A model generated the notes under the pieces. The model was not told the origin of the DNA and ran no database searches. It saw only the letters and a program-made list of their open reading frames with translations. This document shows positions 48,201 through 58,000 of a stretch of DNA of 64,000 nt, piece after piece. The translations under genes and the position numbers were made by a program. This stretch comes from a virus, in the IMG/VR virus record IMGVR_UViG_3300020213_000029, positions 5,652-69,651 of that record, one strand, 5' to 3'. Position 1 is the stretch's first letter. Every line of letters starts with the position of its first letter.

Positions 48201-48480
48201 CATCGGGACAACTAATGCCCACAACATTGGAGCGATCGTTTCATCCGGGATAAACTTTGCCCAGACTACGATCGTCGCCGACCCCATTGTGTGGGCTGTA
48301 GGGGTGCGTATCTATTCGGGGGCGCCCTCGATCTGTACCCCGTTCAGCTACCCGACACGTGTACTCGGTCCCCGCCGTTCTATTGCGGGGCGCCAAATCA
48401 TTACCTCTACCGAGACCGTTGAACTGGTGAGCGTGATCGAGTTCGCCAAAATGTCACCCGTGGTCACTGTTGTTGGATAG
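45253..48480 (+). CDS. Second large Ser/Thr/Ala-rich fibre-like protein
   Basis: N-terminal ~195-aa domain (FDTSSIPD....SAAVLSL...PKLVVT), then stalk repeats; C-terminus resembles that of 40520-43843. Confidence 0.65.
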   Translation: MTTTTVFGDAADCGITSYDDTYSVARDHGGLDEGLSPASLDGFVGQNFATPTYYCSQDFQGFDTSSIPDTDSVSAAVLSLKGSNDNDLSDLLTVEARSYDWGATVDLTDFRTGSELNVLTSCATAGPSTFTTGYIDFSSTGSMPAAINKTGFTRFVLCGARNVGTGTAPSGEEYWQLISADQTGTVDDPKLVVTHTGAIQANAEVSSVTVIGRDAIAKIKPSSSSSSTTPSALDATTRVNVVYEDGLTIGSSFSHVGSSYIGAPDLFAALAGMASTVITANPSTVGARASIQVASSTVVSYNSTTVIQKLVNAEAAIVLGVGRDAADYISVKPTLSSLAASASNASISTTSQTQATAGMATSTASSSVAALRIQFISGTSQTTISGLTGSGRSSFTASLSSSLSATTTNATGSITVPAATASTLVVAGPGAALANISISPVPSSGSVTGTAFGITGSNRLNTPLISLPVSAYTTVTTTAFQAGVASVSATSYNVAPKVIANIGVSIETSTGNNSISSVVPKPGAASVTSSSSNGIGTKVSALGASIITVSVSGIDASVATADRIIVSASLATLTITAYNETSNVNATQATASLAGTSYSVPIGLGPNTTTAAANGTASSLTIKVSPSASIASSLDTAYIPGWATSTSALGSSVSISSGAIGDNLSTSTGNGQVSISGANSKIFVSVAPPVASTTPTAYNTTSKGVAVSGAASMLSTAVNTANAVRTSPTLASASGAANNIRSDSMAGAQTATSSVVSNNHTSTTGPTETVASATVSGLTISAGIRPSSSVGQVSSSGNDIKAAVAPVPGVGLITVTAYTTSSVSAQAGISSSAVEVIAHSGNVATADYIVVQAQAAALSAAGSDTIANIVTSQTLAAAIGASYGSPVAVQTNTGATTVVVSAQNVSGLNQSQIAAGIASVAAVAQDATQRMETNPTNISVLAAAENSEAQNSINAGLSAITATAHNATIALIEITSPVYADSAIGTTNAHNIGAIVSSGINFAQTTIVADPIVWAVGVRIYSGAPSICTPFSYPTRVLGPRRSIAGRQIITSTETVELVSVIEFAKMSPVVTVVG

Positions 48481-48550
48481 GATATTATTCATTTGATGCA
48501 TAACCCCATTTGGGATGACGAAATGATTTACATAGAGGAGGTGTGTTAAA

Positions 48551-48871
48551 ATCGTCCTGTACGTGGGAGAAACCATCTTGATTAAACACACTGCGTTGTT
48601 CGATGACGTGCCCCTCACTGCCGCCGACGTACAGCTTGTGACGATCACCATCTATAATGCCGCCGAACAAGTTGTTGAGCCAGAGATTCCCATGACATGG
48701 AACGCCGCCAAAACAAGATGGGAGTTCGGGTGGGATACGTCTCCGGGTATGTCTCCCGGGGGTGTGCCGTTAGCCCCGGGGCGTTATCGACTAAAGGTTT
48801 ATATATTGAGTGTAGATGGGGCCGAAAATTTCGAGTGGGCCAAGATCCGGTTGAAGGCTAGTCCTATATGA
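48551..48871 (+). CDS. Ig-like (BppU-type) virion protein; probable ATC start
   Basis: AGGAGGT-8nt-ATC in frame; W.F.WDT....GRY. Confidence 0.5.
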   Translation: MVLYVGETILIKHTALFDDVPLTAADVQLVTITIYNAAEQVVEPEIPMTWNAAKTRWEFGWDTSPGMSPGGVPLAPGRYRLKVYILSVDGAENFEWAKIRLKASPI

Positions 48872-48907
48872 AGACAACACTTGACCAGAAATTTGTGGAG
48901 CTGGACG

Positions 48908-49438
48908 ATGGCAGTTGACCTTTCTGATCTTGTCGATCTTCTACGCTCGGAGGTAGACGTCCCGGGCACTGACTCGTTTCCGCTGGCAGTCGAGGATGAT
49001 TGGATAAATCAGCTCAGTTCCGGATTTTGGGAGACGGTGCTCGACGGGATAACGACAGGCTACACCGAACTAGAAGGAATCGTTACCCCCATCACGGGGA
49101 CCACCGATCTCAGTCGTGAACTGCAGCAACTCGTCATCATGTATGCCGGGGTCCGGGTCATTCGGAACAAGATTATGAACCTGAACTCGGTGTTTAAAGC
49201 CAAAGCTGGCCCCGTAGAATTTCAGGTAGAGCATTCAGCTACAGTACTGCGAGGCGTGCTCGACGAACTGGTCCGCAGGCGCAACCTTATCTTGCGGCGC
49301 CTATCGGATGTTGGTGTCACACAATCCTACTACATCGACGCAGTGCTGGCCCGGACTGAATCGTTAAGGCTCGGGGATACAACTTGGGTGGACTACGGTG
49401 GTGGAGGATCTTCCACCAGCTATGACAACGTCTGGTAA
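48908..49438 (+). CDS. Head-to-tail adaptor (putative)
   Basis: Synteny; KAGPVEF..E.SA motif. Confidence 0.55.
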   Translation: MAVDLSDLVDLLRSEVDVPGTDSFPLAVEDDWINQLSSGFWETVLDGITTGYTELEGIVTPITGTTDLSRELQQLVIMYAGVRVIRNKIMNLNSVFKAKAGPVEFQVEHSATVLRGVLDELVRRRNLILRRLSDVGVTQSYYIDAVLARTESLRLGDTTWVDYGGGGSSTSYDNVW

Positions 49439-49443
49439 TCCCT

Positions 49444-49902
49444 GTGGCTGCCGTAAGTGATCCCAGTTTCTCCGGATTCGACCCCGCCGAATTCAGGTCC
49501 AAAATAAAATCCACAATGCGGATGGGTCTTCCAACTGACCCTACCTTGCGCCCCATTTTTAAATGGACCGTCGGCAGAACGTTTACTGCAGCGGACGCCG
49601 GTGGCTCGCCGTGGAACTTTGGCTCCACACCAGTCACGACAACCACTCACGTCGACGTGAGCCCCGATTGCGCCGTTGAGTTCGTTCCCAGAGCGACACT
49701 GGCGGGCGGCACGTCTATCGGGCATTTCGATACGCCACGGGTGATTATCACTATTTTAGATGTGGATTTCCCGTCGATCGAGGGGGCCGATACTGTACTC
49801 CTTGGACAGAATTTGTACCACGTAGATTTTGTGGCCCCGCCCACGGGGCTCTTTTCCGTGACTGTGTTCTCAATTCATTTAAGCGCTGTCGATGAGTCAT
49901 GA
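49444..49902 (+). CDS. Head closure/stopper (putative)
   Basis: Synteny, size. Confidence 0.45.
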   Translation: MAAVSDPSFSGFDPAEFRSKIKSTMRMGLPTDPTLRPIFKWTVGRTFTAADAGGSPWNFGSTPVTTTTHVDVSPDCAVEFVPRATLAGGTSIGHFDTPRVIITILDVDFPSIEGADTVLLGQNLYHVDFVAPPTGLFSVTVFSIHLSAVDES

Positions 49903-50417
49903 GTAATTATGTCGGCGGGCTACGCGATCGTCTCATCCTAGAAAGCCTGCGTTATCACGTTAACGGTGGCTTGAATTACCTCGGCTGGCTAGGTACCGGA
50001 CGTCCCCACCTACCAGTACAGCTCATTACCGAGCCAATCGAACCCCTCACGGAAATCTTACCTAATGTTATCTCAATCTGTGAAGAGGGTGTCGATGAGA
50101 TAGAAGCCGAAACCGGTTCCAACCTCACAGAATTTAGGTGGCAGTATGCCATCGATATCTATGCCGAAAGTTCCGCCGTGGGTCGCCATCTTTGGGGCGA
50201 CGTCAAAAGTATTCTTGAGGGACGTTTCTCAAGCTATTCGGGCCGACCTCAGATCTCCGTTCTTGACTGGTCGGCCGCCACCCCGACTCAGATCTTTGTA
50301 TGCCAAATCGAAAACGTGGTGGGCGGACGGCAAAGGAATTATCAAAAATCTTTTGAGAAATATTGGTGGACTTTGGTTTTTGAGCTGATTGATTTTTATG
50401 CGTCCGACGAAGACTGA
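49899..50417 (+). CDS. Tail terminator (putative)
   Basis: Synteny; IDIYAES motif. Confidence 0.5.
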   Translation: MSNYVGGLRDRLILESLRYHVNGGLNYLGWLGTGRPHLPVQLITEPIEPLTEILPNVISICEEGVDEIEAETGSNLTEFRWQYAIDIYAESSAVGRHLWGDVKSILEGRFSSYSGRPQISVLDWSAATPTQIFVCQIENVVGGRQRNYQKSFEKYWWTLVFELIDFYASDED

Positions 50418-50436
50418 CCTCTGATTAGGGACCCTA

Positions 50437-50706
50437 ATGGAAGAAGTGGTCAGGAGTCTTATAGAAAAACGCTGCCGCCGTACCATCACCGCTATCCTTT
50501 CCGCAAAAGAACGAGATTTAGATGGGTACCTCCCCGACGAAATCAGCCAAAGTTACAGAAAGGTCGTGTTGGATTCAGTTAACGATTTTCACAACTTCGT
50601 TAGCGACATTCTTCGGTCCTATGACAACGGCACGGTAACGCTCAACGAAATTTACCTTAAGAAGATCGACGAAATATACGATCTATTGAGCGATGGCGAC
50701 GAGTAA
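50437..50706 (+). CDS. Hypothetical protein
   Basis: RKVVLD.VNDF helical ORF. Confidence 0.6.
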   Translation: MEEVVRSLIEKRCRRTITAILSAKERDLDGYLPDEISQSYRKVVLDSVNDFHNFVSDILRSYDNGTVTLNEIYLKKIDEIYDLLSDGDE

Positions 50707-51649
50707 CAGTCAGTACCTTTTCAACGTAGCGGCCAAAGACATATTGGCTCAGGCCAATCGTAGCGCGTCGGCTGAGAGTCAGAGGGCGCTTAAGGCGTTC
50801 GTTACTGTGTTCACTAGCGCCGTCGAACGGTCCCAGAAGACTCGGATCACCAGCCTCTACCAGGCGGTCGCTGCGGAAGCGACCACTTCGATCGTGCGGG
50901 CCTATCAGCGCAGACCGTACAAGACACGATCCTCGATCGAAAATATCCCGTACCGTAACGAGCATCGGTATTCGGGCGGCAAGTTGTTGGCGGCACTCGG
51001 ATCACCCGCCATGTACAACGTGACAGCGACCGGCATCAAATTCATCAACACGCAGCACCTGAGATCATCGGCGGCGCAGTGGAAACGGTTGAACTTCGGT
51101 GCTGGATCACGAGGCAGCCAAACCCCACCCGGACGCCACTATAAGATGCGAATTTTCGGGCAAGTACTTCCCGGCGACTTCGGCCTATTCGATATAGGAC
51201 CGGAGCCGTCATTCAAACTGCCGCCAGGATACTGGTCCTCGCAGTTCCCCGGCAAAGCTCCCGTGGGCTGGGATCCATCCCGTCGAGGGCACGACTTCTT
51301 TATCCTCGGGTCGCCGGTTGGACCTGTTAGAGGCGAAACCAGTTCTCAGCGGGGCAGGAAAATCGGTCAGGTCATGCGCCGGGCTCCAACGACCAGTCTC
51401 GGTATCCAGGGATCCCGATTCCTGGACGTCGGCGTCGGGCGCCTCGTGCAGCTATTCCCCGTAGTGTTGGAAGGGCTGCTGCGTGAATGGTTCGCTGAAG
51501 CGAAAGCCGGAGGTGGGCCAGTATTTAAATCGACGGTCGTGCCGTCGGGCAGAACCATAGCGGAAGTGAATCGATTTAGCGCTCAAATCAAACAGCAACG
51601 TGATCAGAACATCCGGATACGAAACTTCTCGGGCGGGCTCTTTAGTTAA
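50693..51649 (+). CDS. Basic neck/tail-completion-like protein
   Basis: Arg-rich; W.RLNFG and GI....FL motifs; synteny. Confidence 0.45.
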   Translation: MATSNSQYLFNVAAKDILAQANRSASAESQRALKAFVTVFTSAVERSQKTRITSLYQAVAAEATTSIVRAYQRRPYKTRSSIENIPYRNEHRYSGGKLLAALGSPAMYNVTATGIKFINTQHLRSSAAQWKRLNFGAGSRGSQTPPGRHYKMRIFGQVLPGDFGLFDIGPEPSFKLPPGYWSSQFPGKAPVGWDPSRRGHDFFILGSPVGPVRGETSSQRGRKIGQVMRRAPTTSLGIQGSRFLDVGVGRLVQLFPVVLEGLLREWFAEAKAGGGPVFKSTVVPSGRTIAEVNRFSAQIKQQRDQNIRIRNFSGGLFS

Positions 51650-51712
51650 CGTAGATCAGGTTCGATATAAATGTAGTAACCTGTGGAGAACACTGCATAG
51701 AAGGCTATCCAT

Positions 51713-52396
51713 TTGACCTACATTTACGCTTTGCGAGATGAAACTGGTATCAGGTATGTTGGCAAGGCCGACGTACCCGTTGAGCGTGCTCGTCAACACT
51801 GGAATGGCAAAAACCAGTACAAGACGATCAAGAATTCGTGGCTCAAATCGCTCGCTGGCCCTCCCACTGTGCAAATTTTGCAAGAGGTTGAGGATCACGA
51901 ATGGCAGGCCGCCGAAACCGACTGGATTCTTCAGCTACGTGATTATGGCTGTCGTCTAACTAATGGGACAAACGGCGGTGATGGCGGGGCAGTTACAGAC
52001 CCGGATGCAAGGGCTCGTACTCGGGCTGCGCACGTTGGTAAGGTGGCCTCAGAAGAAACCCGCCGCAAGATGAGCGAGGCCCAGAAGCGGCGCCTTGAAG
52101 ACCCTGCCGAACGGGAGAAGCTACGCAAGACAGCTCTAAAAATTGGGTTAAAACCACCGCCGCCGTTGACCGGCGAGGCGAGCAACCTAGCCAAGTTCTC
52201 GGATGCTGCAGTTGTCGATATACGTATGCGTCATTGTAACGGCGAAACGCTCAAGCAGTTGGCTGAAAGGTTTGCTACAAGCAAGACCTACATCAGCCTT
52301 GTTGTCACCGGTAAAACCAGGAAGGACGCCGGTGGTCCTACTCGGGAGGCAACTTCCCGTGGTGGATACAAGGGCAATAAACGGAGTCTTTTGTGA
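51713..52396 (+). CDS. Free-standing GIY-YIG homing endonuclease with NUMOD3 and HTH
   Basis: YIYAL....IRYVGKA....R...H, LTN.T.GGDG, SEETRRKMSEAQK. Confidence 0.88.
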   Translation: MTYIYALRDETGIRYVGKADVPVERARQHWNGKNQYKTIKNSWLKSLAGPPTVQILQEVEDHEWQAAETDWILQLRDYGCRLTNGTNGGDGGAVTDPDARARTRAAHVGKVASEETRRKMSEAQKRRLEDPAEREKLRKTALKIGLKPPPPLTGEASNLAKFSDAAVVDIRMRHCNGETLKQLAERFATSKTYISLVVTGKTRKDAGGPTREATSRGGYKGNKRSLL

Positions 52397-52440
52397 GTTT
52401 AATCACTGCGAAAATGCAGTCTGACTAGGAGGTTACTGCC

Positions 52441-53712
52441 ATTTCAACCAAGGGGGGCTCGATCCTGCATGACATTAATGGATATGTGGTCGATAGAATA
52501 CAGAGTGGAGGCGCGGCGAGCATAAATCAGGCGCAGGAAAAGATTTATGAACTCGGTAACTTCAACTCGGTTGCCACTATCCGTGACATTCCCGACTTGA
52601 CGTTTGATGTTGAGTCGTTCGACATGACCTGCGAGTTTGAGGCCCTGTTGACGGGTGCGATTTTCGCCGCCTCGTCTGGTACCGGTACTACTGCCGGTTC
52701 TCTCCCTATGGGGACGGCGTTCGATTTCGCTAACGCATTGCCGATCGATGTCATTTCACCGTTCAAGTCCAACACTGGGGCCTACGACATTGTCGACAGC
52801 GTCGCTATCCCGTATCTCACTTTGGAGCGGGCCACATATCGTTTCGGGGTGCGTCAAAGTTCGACGCAACAGTTCTCCCTTCGTGGTGACTCGATCATGT
52901 ATATCCCGGGTCAGGCTATGTACAAGGAGTACGCCTATACGGGCGCAGCGACGTACGCTTTTGGTCAGACGGCCATCATCTACACCGAGGCTGGTGTGGC
53001 CCTGTACGCTCTTTGCGTTACGGCCCTGAAGCGTTCCACGCACGTCGCGAAGCGTTTGTTTATCGGTGACGATTACACGAATACTACAACCGGTTTCACT
53101 GTTACTGCAGCGGGAGCCCTGGCTGCCCCGACCGCTACGTACGACAAGATCGCCGTGGTTTACGGTACGGCGTCTATTACGGCCCTGTATCCGCAGTCGG
53201 TTCATGCTGGTATTACCGGTGTAGCGCTGACGACGAGTCCGGCCGCCGTCCGAGGCAAGGACATCGATGTGTATATCGGTACCAACGCCGCCACTCCGGT
53301 CTATACCCGGTGGACGTCGGTGCAGTCTATCGAAGTCACCCGATCGGTAAACCTTGAGGCCGACGAAGAGTTGGGCAACCCTCACTATGTCACACAGGAT
53401 TATGTGACTGCGGATGTGGCCGGTACGCTCAACTTGAAGCCCCGTGATGTGGCCGAACTTTTCACGAAGATCGCCACGATCGCCGATGTCGCTACCAACG
53501 TCATCGCCGGTCCGTTCACGTCGGCGACCTTGCCGCTGCAGATCCAAATCTCGGATCCCGATTTGGGTACCGTCCTCAAGACGCTCTACATCCCTGATGC
53601 ACGGTTCACGATGCCCGGTATTCAGGGTCGAGCAAACTCCAAGCTGGAGACCTCTATTCCGTTCACTTCGGACAGTGGACAATTGTTAATCTATAAAGGT
53701 TTGAAACCTTGA
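52441..53712 (+). CDS. Major tail (tube) protein; probable ATT start
   Basis: AGGAGGT-7nt-ATT in frame with track ORF 52486; EKIYELGN and EELGN motifs; synteny. Confidence 0.75.
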   Translation: MSTKGGSILHDINGYVVDRIQSGGAASINQAQEKIYELGNFNSVATIRDIPDLTFDVESFDMTCEFEALLTGAIFAASSGTGTTAGSLPMGTAFDFANALPIDVISPFKSNTGAYDIVDSVAIPYLTLERATYRFGVRQSSTQQFSLRGDSIMYIPGQAMYKEYAYTGAATYAFGQTAIIYTEAGVALYALCVTALKRSTHVAKRLFIGDDYTNTTTGFTVTAAGALAAPTATYDKIAVVYGTASITALYPQSVHAGITGVALTTSPAAVRGKDIDVYIGTNAATPVYTRWTSVQSIEVTRSVNLEADEELGNPHYVTQDYVTADVAGTLNLKPRDVAELFTKIATIADVATNVIAGPFTSATLPLQIQISDPDLGTVLKTLYIPDARFTMPGIQGRANSKLETSIPFTSDSGQLLIYKGLKP

Positions 53713-53893
53713 TGGTTTAACATCCTGGGTGTTTATTAAACAGTAAGGGGATCCGGAACTCTGGGTCAAACCTCAATATGCCTGACAGCGGGTCGATGAT
53801 ATAGTCAGGTTTATTGTGTTACACTACAGGCAATTAGTGGAACACGAATTGGGCAGTACGGGTCCCTGAGGGGGCATTGAAGGGAAGTAGGAA

Positions 53894-54637
53894 ATGGCTA
53901 AACGTCTGACCGACCTGTTTAAGGTCGGCCGCAAAGTCGTATTTGAAGAAGGCGACACTGTTATTGAGATTTGGCTACAGAAGCTGATCCCCTCTGAGAC
54001 TGCGCAAGCGATCGATCGAGCGTCGGCTAAGCGGGCAAAGTTTTTAACAGTGAAGTCTGCGTCCGCCGACGAGGAGGCCGTGGAGTATCAGCGGTCGGAG
54101 TTGCGGCGTATCTACACTACACGGGACGAGCAACTCTCTCTGGCTGCAGCGGAAGACCTTGCCCGTGCCCAAGAATCGGTGGAGGCAGAGATAGCCGCCG
54201 AAGAGGAGTGGAGCACGGACGACTATTTCAACGGCCTTAAGGAGGCGTGGGAGTCCGAGGTCGAGGCCCGTATCCAAGAGGGCTCCGAAAGCCCCGAAGA
54301 TCAACGAGTCTTCGCTGAACTGAAACGGTTCAACGACCAAGTCGAGAAGGCTTACAGTGAGCGGGAAGCGGACATCCTCCGAGATTTCAAGAGTTTGAGC
54401 GAAACTGCGTTGGAGGATAAGGCGTTCTCGGTATTTGTCGACGGTCAGGCGGACGGCGTGTGGCTGCGGGAGTACCGGGATTGTCAGGTGTGGCTCGGGA
54501 CCCGAGACCCTGCCGACCATTCTAAATTGTATTTCCGGGATCGGGTCGAAGTCAGTTCTCTTTCGATGGAAGTGTTGGGCAAGTTGATCAGCGAATATGT
54601 CGAGCTGGAAGTACCACCCCCCGAGGGAAAAGAATAG
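53894..54637 (+). CDS. Tail assembly chaperone (short form)
   Basis: Between tail tube and tape measure; ends at slippery G GGA AAA. Confidence 0.75.
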   Translation: MAKRLTDLFKVGRKVVFEEGDTVIEIWLQKLIPSETAQAIDRASAKRAKFLTVKSASADEEAVEYQRSELRRIYTTRDEQLSLAAAEDLARAQESVEAEIAAEEEWSTDDYFNGLKEAWESEVEARIQEGSESPEDQRVFAELKRFNDQVEKAYSEREADILRDFKSLSETALEDKAFSVFVDGQADGVWLREYRDCQVWLGTRDPADHSKLYFRDRVEVSSLSMEVLGKLISEYVELEVPPPEGKE

Positions 54638-54960
54638 CTGGCAGCCCCACTTTTCTCCGCCAGGTTGGCATAGCAAAAAATATGGGCGGGCTCAGTATTT
54701 TTTGGTCGGGACCAGTGTCTGAGATCCCTACGGATTTATCACTAGCTATCAATCATGCGTTGCGGATTGTTAGTTGGCAGGAGAATTTGATGACCGAAGA
54801 GATGCCGCCGGTGTGGATGTGGCCGTTGGAATGGGAGCTGGACCTTTGGTTTGAGGACGTGCAGCGTCAACGGGAGCTGAGATATAACCCGGACGGGGCG
54901 GATGATCGGGAAGAGCCGGAGATGATGCACAACGAGTTGGCAGATCGCTTCCGGAGATGA
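54625..54960 (+). CDS. Tail assembly chaperone -1 frameshift extension
   Basis: GGGAAAA at 54625-54631; the -1 frame is open through track ORF 54682-54960 (E.PP.WMW...L..WF). Confidence 0.8.
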   Translation, partial: GKRIAGSPTFLRQVGIAKNMGGLSIFWSGPVSEIPTDLSLAINHALRIVSWQENLMTEEMPPVWMWPLEWELDLWFEDVQRQRELRYNPDGADDREEPEMMHNELADRFRR

Positions 54961-55016
54961 ATTGTTTATCTCGATTCGTCGATGAATAACTATAACGGGA
55001 TAAAGGGGGTGTTTGA

Positions 55017-58000
55017 ATGCCGGATGCCAGGTCTACTTATGTAGTCGAGCTTCGGCTTCAGACGACCCAGTTCAACGCTGCGCTGGCGGCACTTCATCAG
55101 AAACTGAATGTTTCCGCTCTCCCTACATTGCGAGGGACTCCGGAGCAAATTGGGTCGCAAGTTGGTGAGCTACGTTCTGTAATAGCGCACCAGGAAGCGG
55201 CAGCCAATAGACTCTATAACCCTACTAGTCCCAAAATCAAAACGGCTGAAAGGCGACGAGCCCAAGAATTTGTCGAGTCCTCTTATGATATCCCCAAGGC
55301 CGTTACCAAGGACCCGAGGTATGCTGAGGCCGTAATTCGATCTCAGACTGATACCACTAGGTCTTTAAACAGGGTGGCTCAGGAAAGAGGCGCCTATAAC
55401 GAGAACGCCCTAAGAGATCTTCAGCTCTTAAGAGCTGCGTCTCAAGAGGCAACAGGCGCTGAACTTCAGACGTTGAAGCTTGTCCAGACGACGTCGCTGA
55501 AAAACCTGAAACTCAACGAGGAGGGTGAGGCTAGAGGCTCGTTGTCGAGCCGAGGGGCGGGGGAATCTCAGCAGACGCTAGCCCGGGCACAAAAATCATT
55601 TTATGATAGGGAATTGGCTCAATACCAGGTTGCCGCCTCTTCTTTGGGTGGGGTACAACAGAGTCTCACACCGGCGCAAGGTAGAGGGCAGGCTTTAAAT
55701 AGCACTACGAGGTTTAACGAACAAGCCGCAGCGGCGGAACGGGTCGCCCGAGCGGCCGAGCTAGAAACATATGGTATTCGGGCCTCTAACGCAGCAACTC
55801 AAAAAGGCGTTCTCCTCGGCGGTGTAGCGAGCGGCAAGCAGCTTGCCACGAGTACCGCCGGATTCGATTCTTCGGTAGCGAAAGCAGCAGCGGCCGCCCG
55901 AGCGGCCGAGCTACAACATTATCAGGTGCGTGTCTCGAACGCGTACACACAAAAAGAAGGTCTAATATCTAACAGCCTCGCCGAGAAGCAAGCCTTGGCG
56001 AGTAGGGTTGCATTTAATGCTCAGGCTGTTAAAGATGACAAGATCGCCGTCGCCGAAGAATCCAAGGCGGCAAGGGCTCGGGTTTTAGCGGCTCGGCAGT
56101 CCTACGGGCAGCCACAAGGTACCTTTAGCCGTTTTATTAATACTGTTCGGGGTGGTCCGGGGGCTGCGACAGGACAACAGGGGGCCGCAGCGTTCTTCGG
56201 TTCCGGTCTCGCAGGCGTGGCCCGCTATGCGTTGCCTTCTGCGGCAGCGTTCGGCACCGCTAGAGCCATTTCGGGTTCCATAAAAGAAGCATCAGAACTC
56301 GAACGACAGTTCACATTGATTCGGGGACAATTCGACGCTACTTTTGGGTCGGAAGGAAAGGCGAAGTTCCAGGCGTTCCGCGCAGAAATTCTTGGGGTCG
56401 CACGGGACACCGGTTTGGCTGCCTCGGAAGTCGCCAACATCGGGTTCCAACTCCAGGGCGCTTTCGGTAAGGGCGTGGAGATTGGCGGCGTAAGTGGCAG
56501 TGAATTGGTCGGAGATCAGTTGCGGGCTTCGGCTGAGATTTCTAGGGTCACGGGGCTAAGTCAAAAAGAGGTCGTCGACAGCCTTACTGCAGCGAGCCTG
56601 AACTTTAACGCTTCGTTCCGAGAGATCGGCGATACAACCCTGTTTCTGCAAGACCGTTTCGGTGTTCTTGCCAAAGAGATCATCCCCTTCCTTGGTGACA
56701 TTGCCCCGGTCGCCCGGGAAGCTGGGTTTAGCCTCAAAGAGTTCGCATCGATCGCTGCGATCACACAGCAGCAGAGCGGTAGGAGCGGCGCTGCACTGGC
56801 GGAGGCGTTCGGTCGTGTTCTTCCTCAGATTAACGAGCAGCGGTTGGCTTTGGTCCAATTCGCCTCTCGCACCCCTCAACTCAACACTCCAGACATAGTT
56901 CAGACCTTTGCAGCGGGTTCGGTGCGGGATATTTTTATAGAGCTTGCCGAAATCTTCCCCAAATTGGATCAGTCTTCGAGAGACTTCCTACTCAACTTGA
57001 TCGGTGGACGCCGTGAAACACAGTCGATCATCGCTGCGTTGGCCGGGGGTAAGCTCGATGAGACGATCGGTTCATTGTCAGGTTCCGCCGGGACATTGGA
57101 CAAGCGCTTTAAAGAGGTCAGCAAATCCTTACAGGAAGTCTTGGCCCGAGCCCAGGAAACGTTCCGGCAATTGGGCGTCGCAGTGTTCGAAGGCGGCCTC
57201 GGCGATGCACTGAAAGAGCTGGCGACCCTTCTTGCTCTCCTGGCTAAAGCTTTGATCGGCGTAGCGAATGTGGTGGGGGAAATCGACCAAGCCTTCGGTG
57301 GGTTCGGTATTGAAATTGCTCTCGCCGCCGTAGCAATGACTAAGCTCGTCAAGATCTATAAAGAATTTATGGCTCTTCGTGCGGCGGGGGCGTTGTCGGG
57401 TGGCATTGCTGGCTTCTCTCTTACTGGCAGTGGGACGTCAGCTCGTCAAACAGCCGCTAATATTAATGCCCCAATTGTTGCAACCGCTGCACCGCTGACG
57501 GGGAGAACTCCTAATGTCGGCAATAAGGGGGGCATTACTCTCGGTGGAATTGGCACAACGCTCGGTATACTTGCAGCGACGCAGGTCTATTCTTACTATA
57601 AGAACAAGGAAGCTCAAGACAAAGCCGACTTTGAGGAAGGATACAAGAAGGAGCTAGAGCGACTACAAGGCAAGAGTACTGAGGAACTTGCACAAGCCGA
57701 CAGAGCACCGATCGATCCGAGCGCTCCAGGTGGGGCAAAGGAGGCGGTTAGGCGTCTCTCAGAAAAAGATAGCGACAAGAAGTACACGACCGATGAACAG
57801 GGACGAGTTTGGAGTACAGAAGAAAGAGCCCTCTTCACCGCTTATAATAAAAGATTGGTCGAAGAGCAGTATAGCGCAATCATTAACGCCATTACCGCCG
57901 ATCCGCAGGCGCTTATCGATTCCATTAAAGCCGATCCTTCTACTCTAAATGCACTAAGAACTGCAACTACAAGCGGGGAAGCTCCCTACAGGCTTCCCAA

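Noticed and set aside
51650-52440. Group I intron around the GIY-YIG endonuclease
   Set aside because: Flanking genes look complete and the non-coding flanks are too short for a ribozyme core; treated as free-standing.
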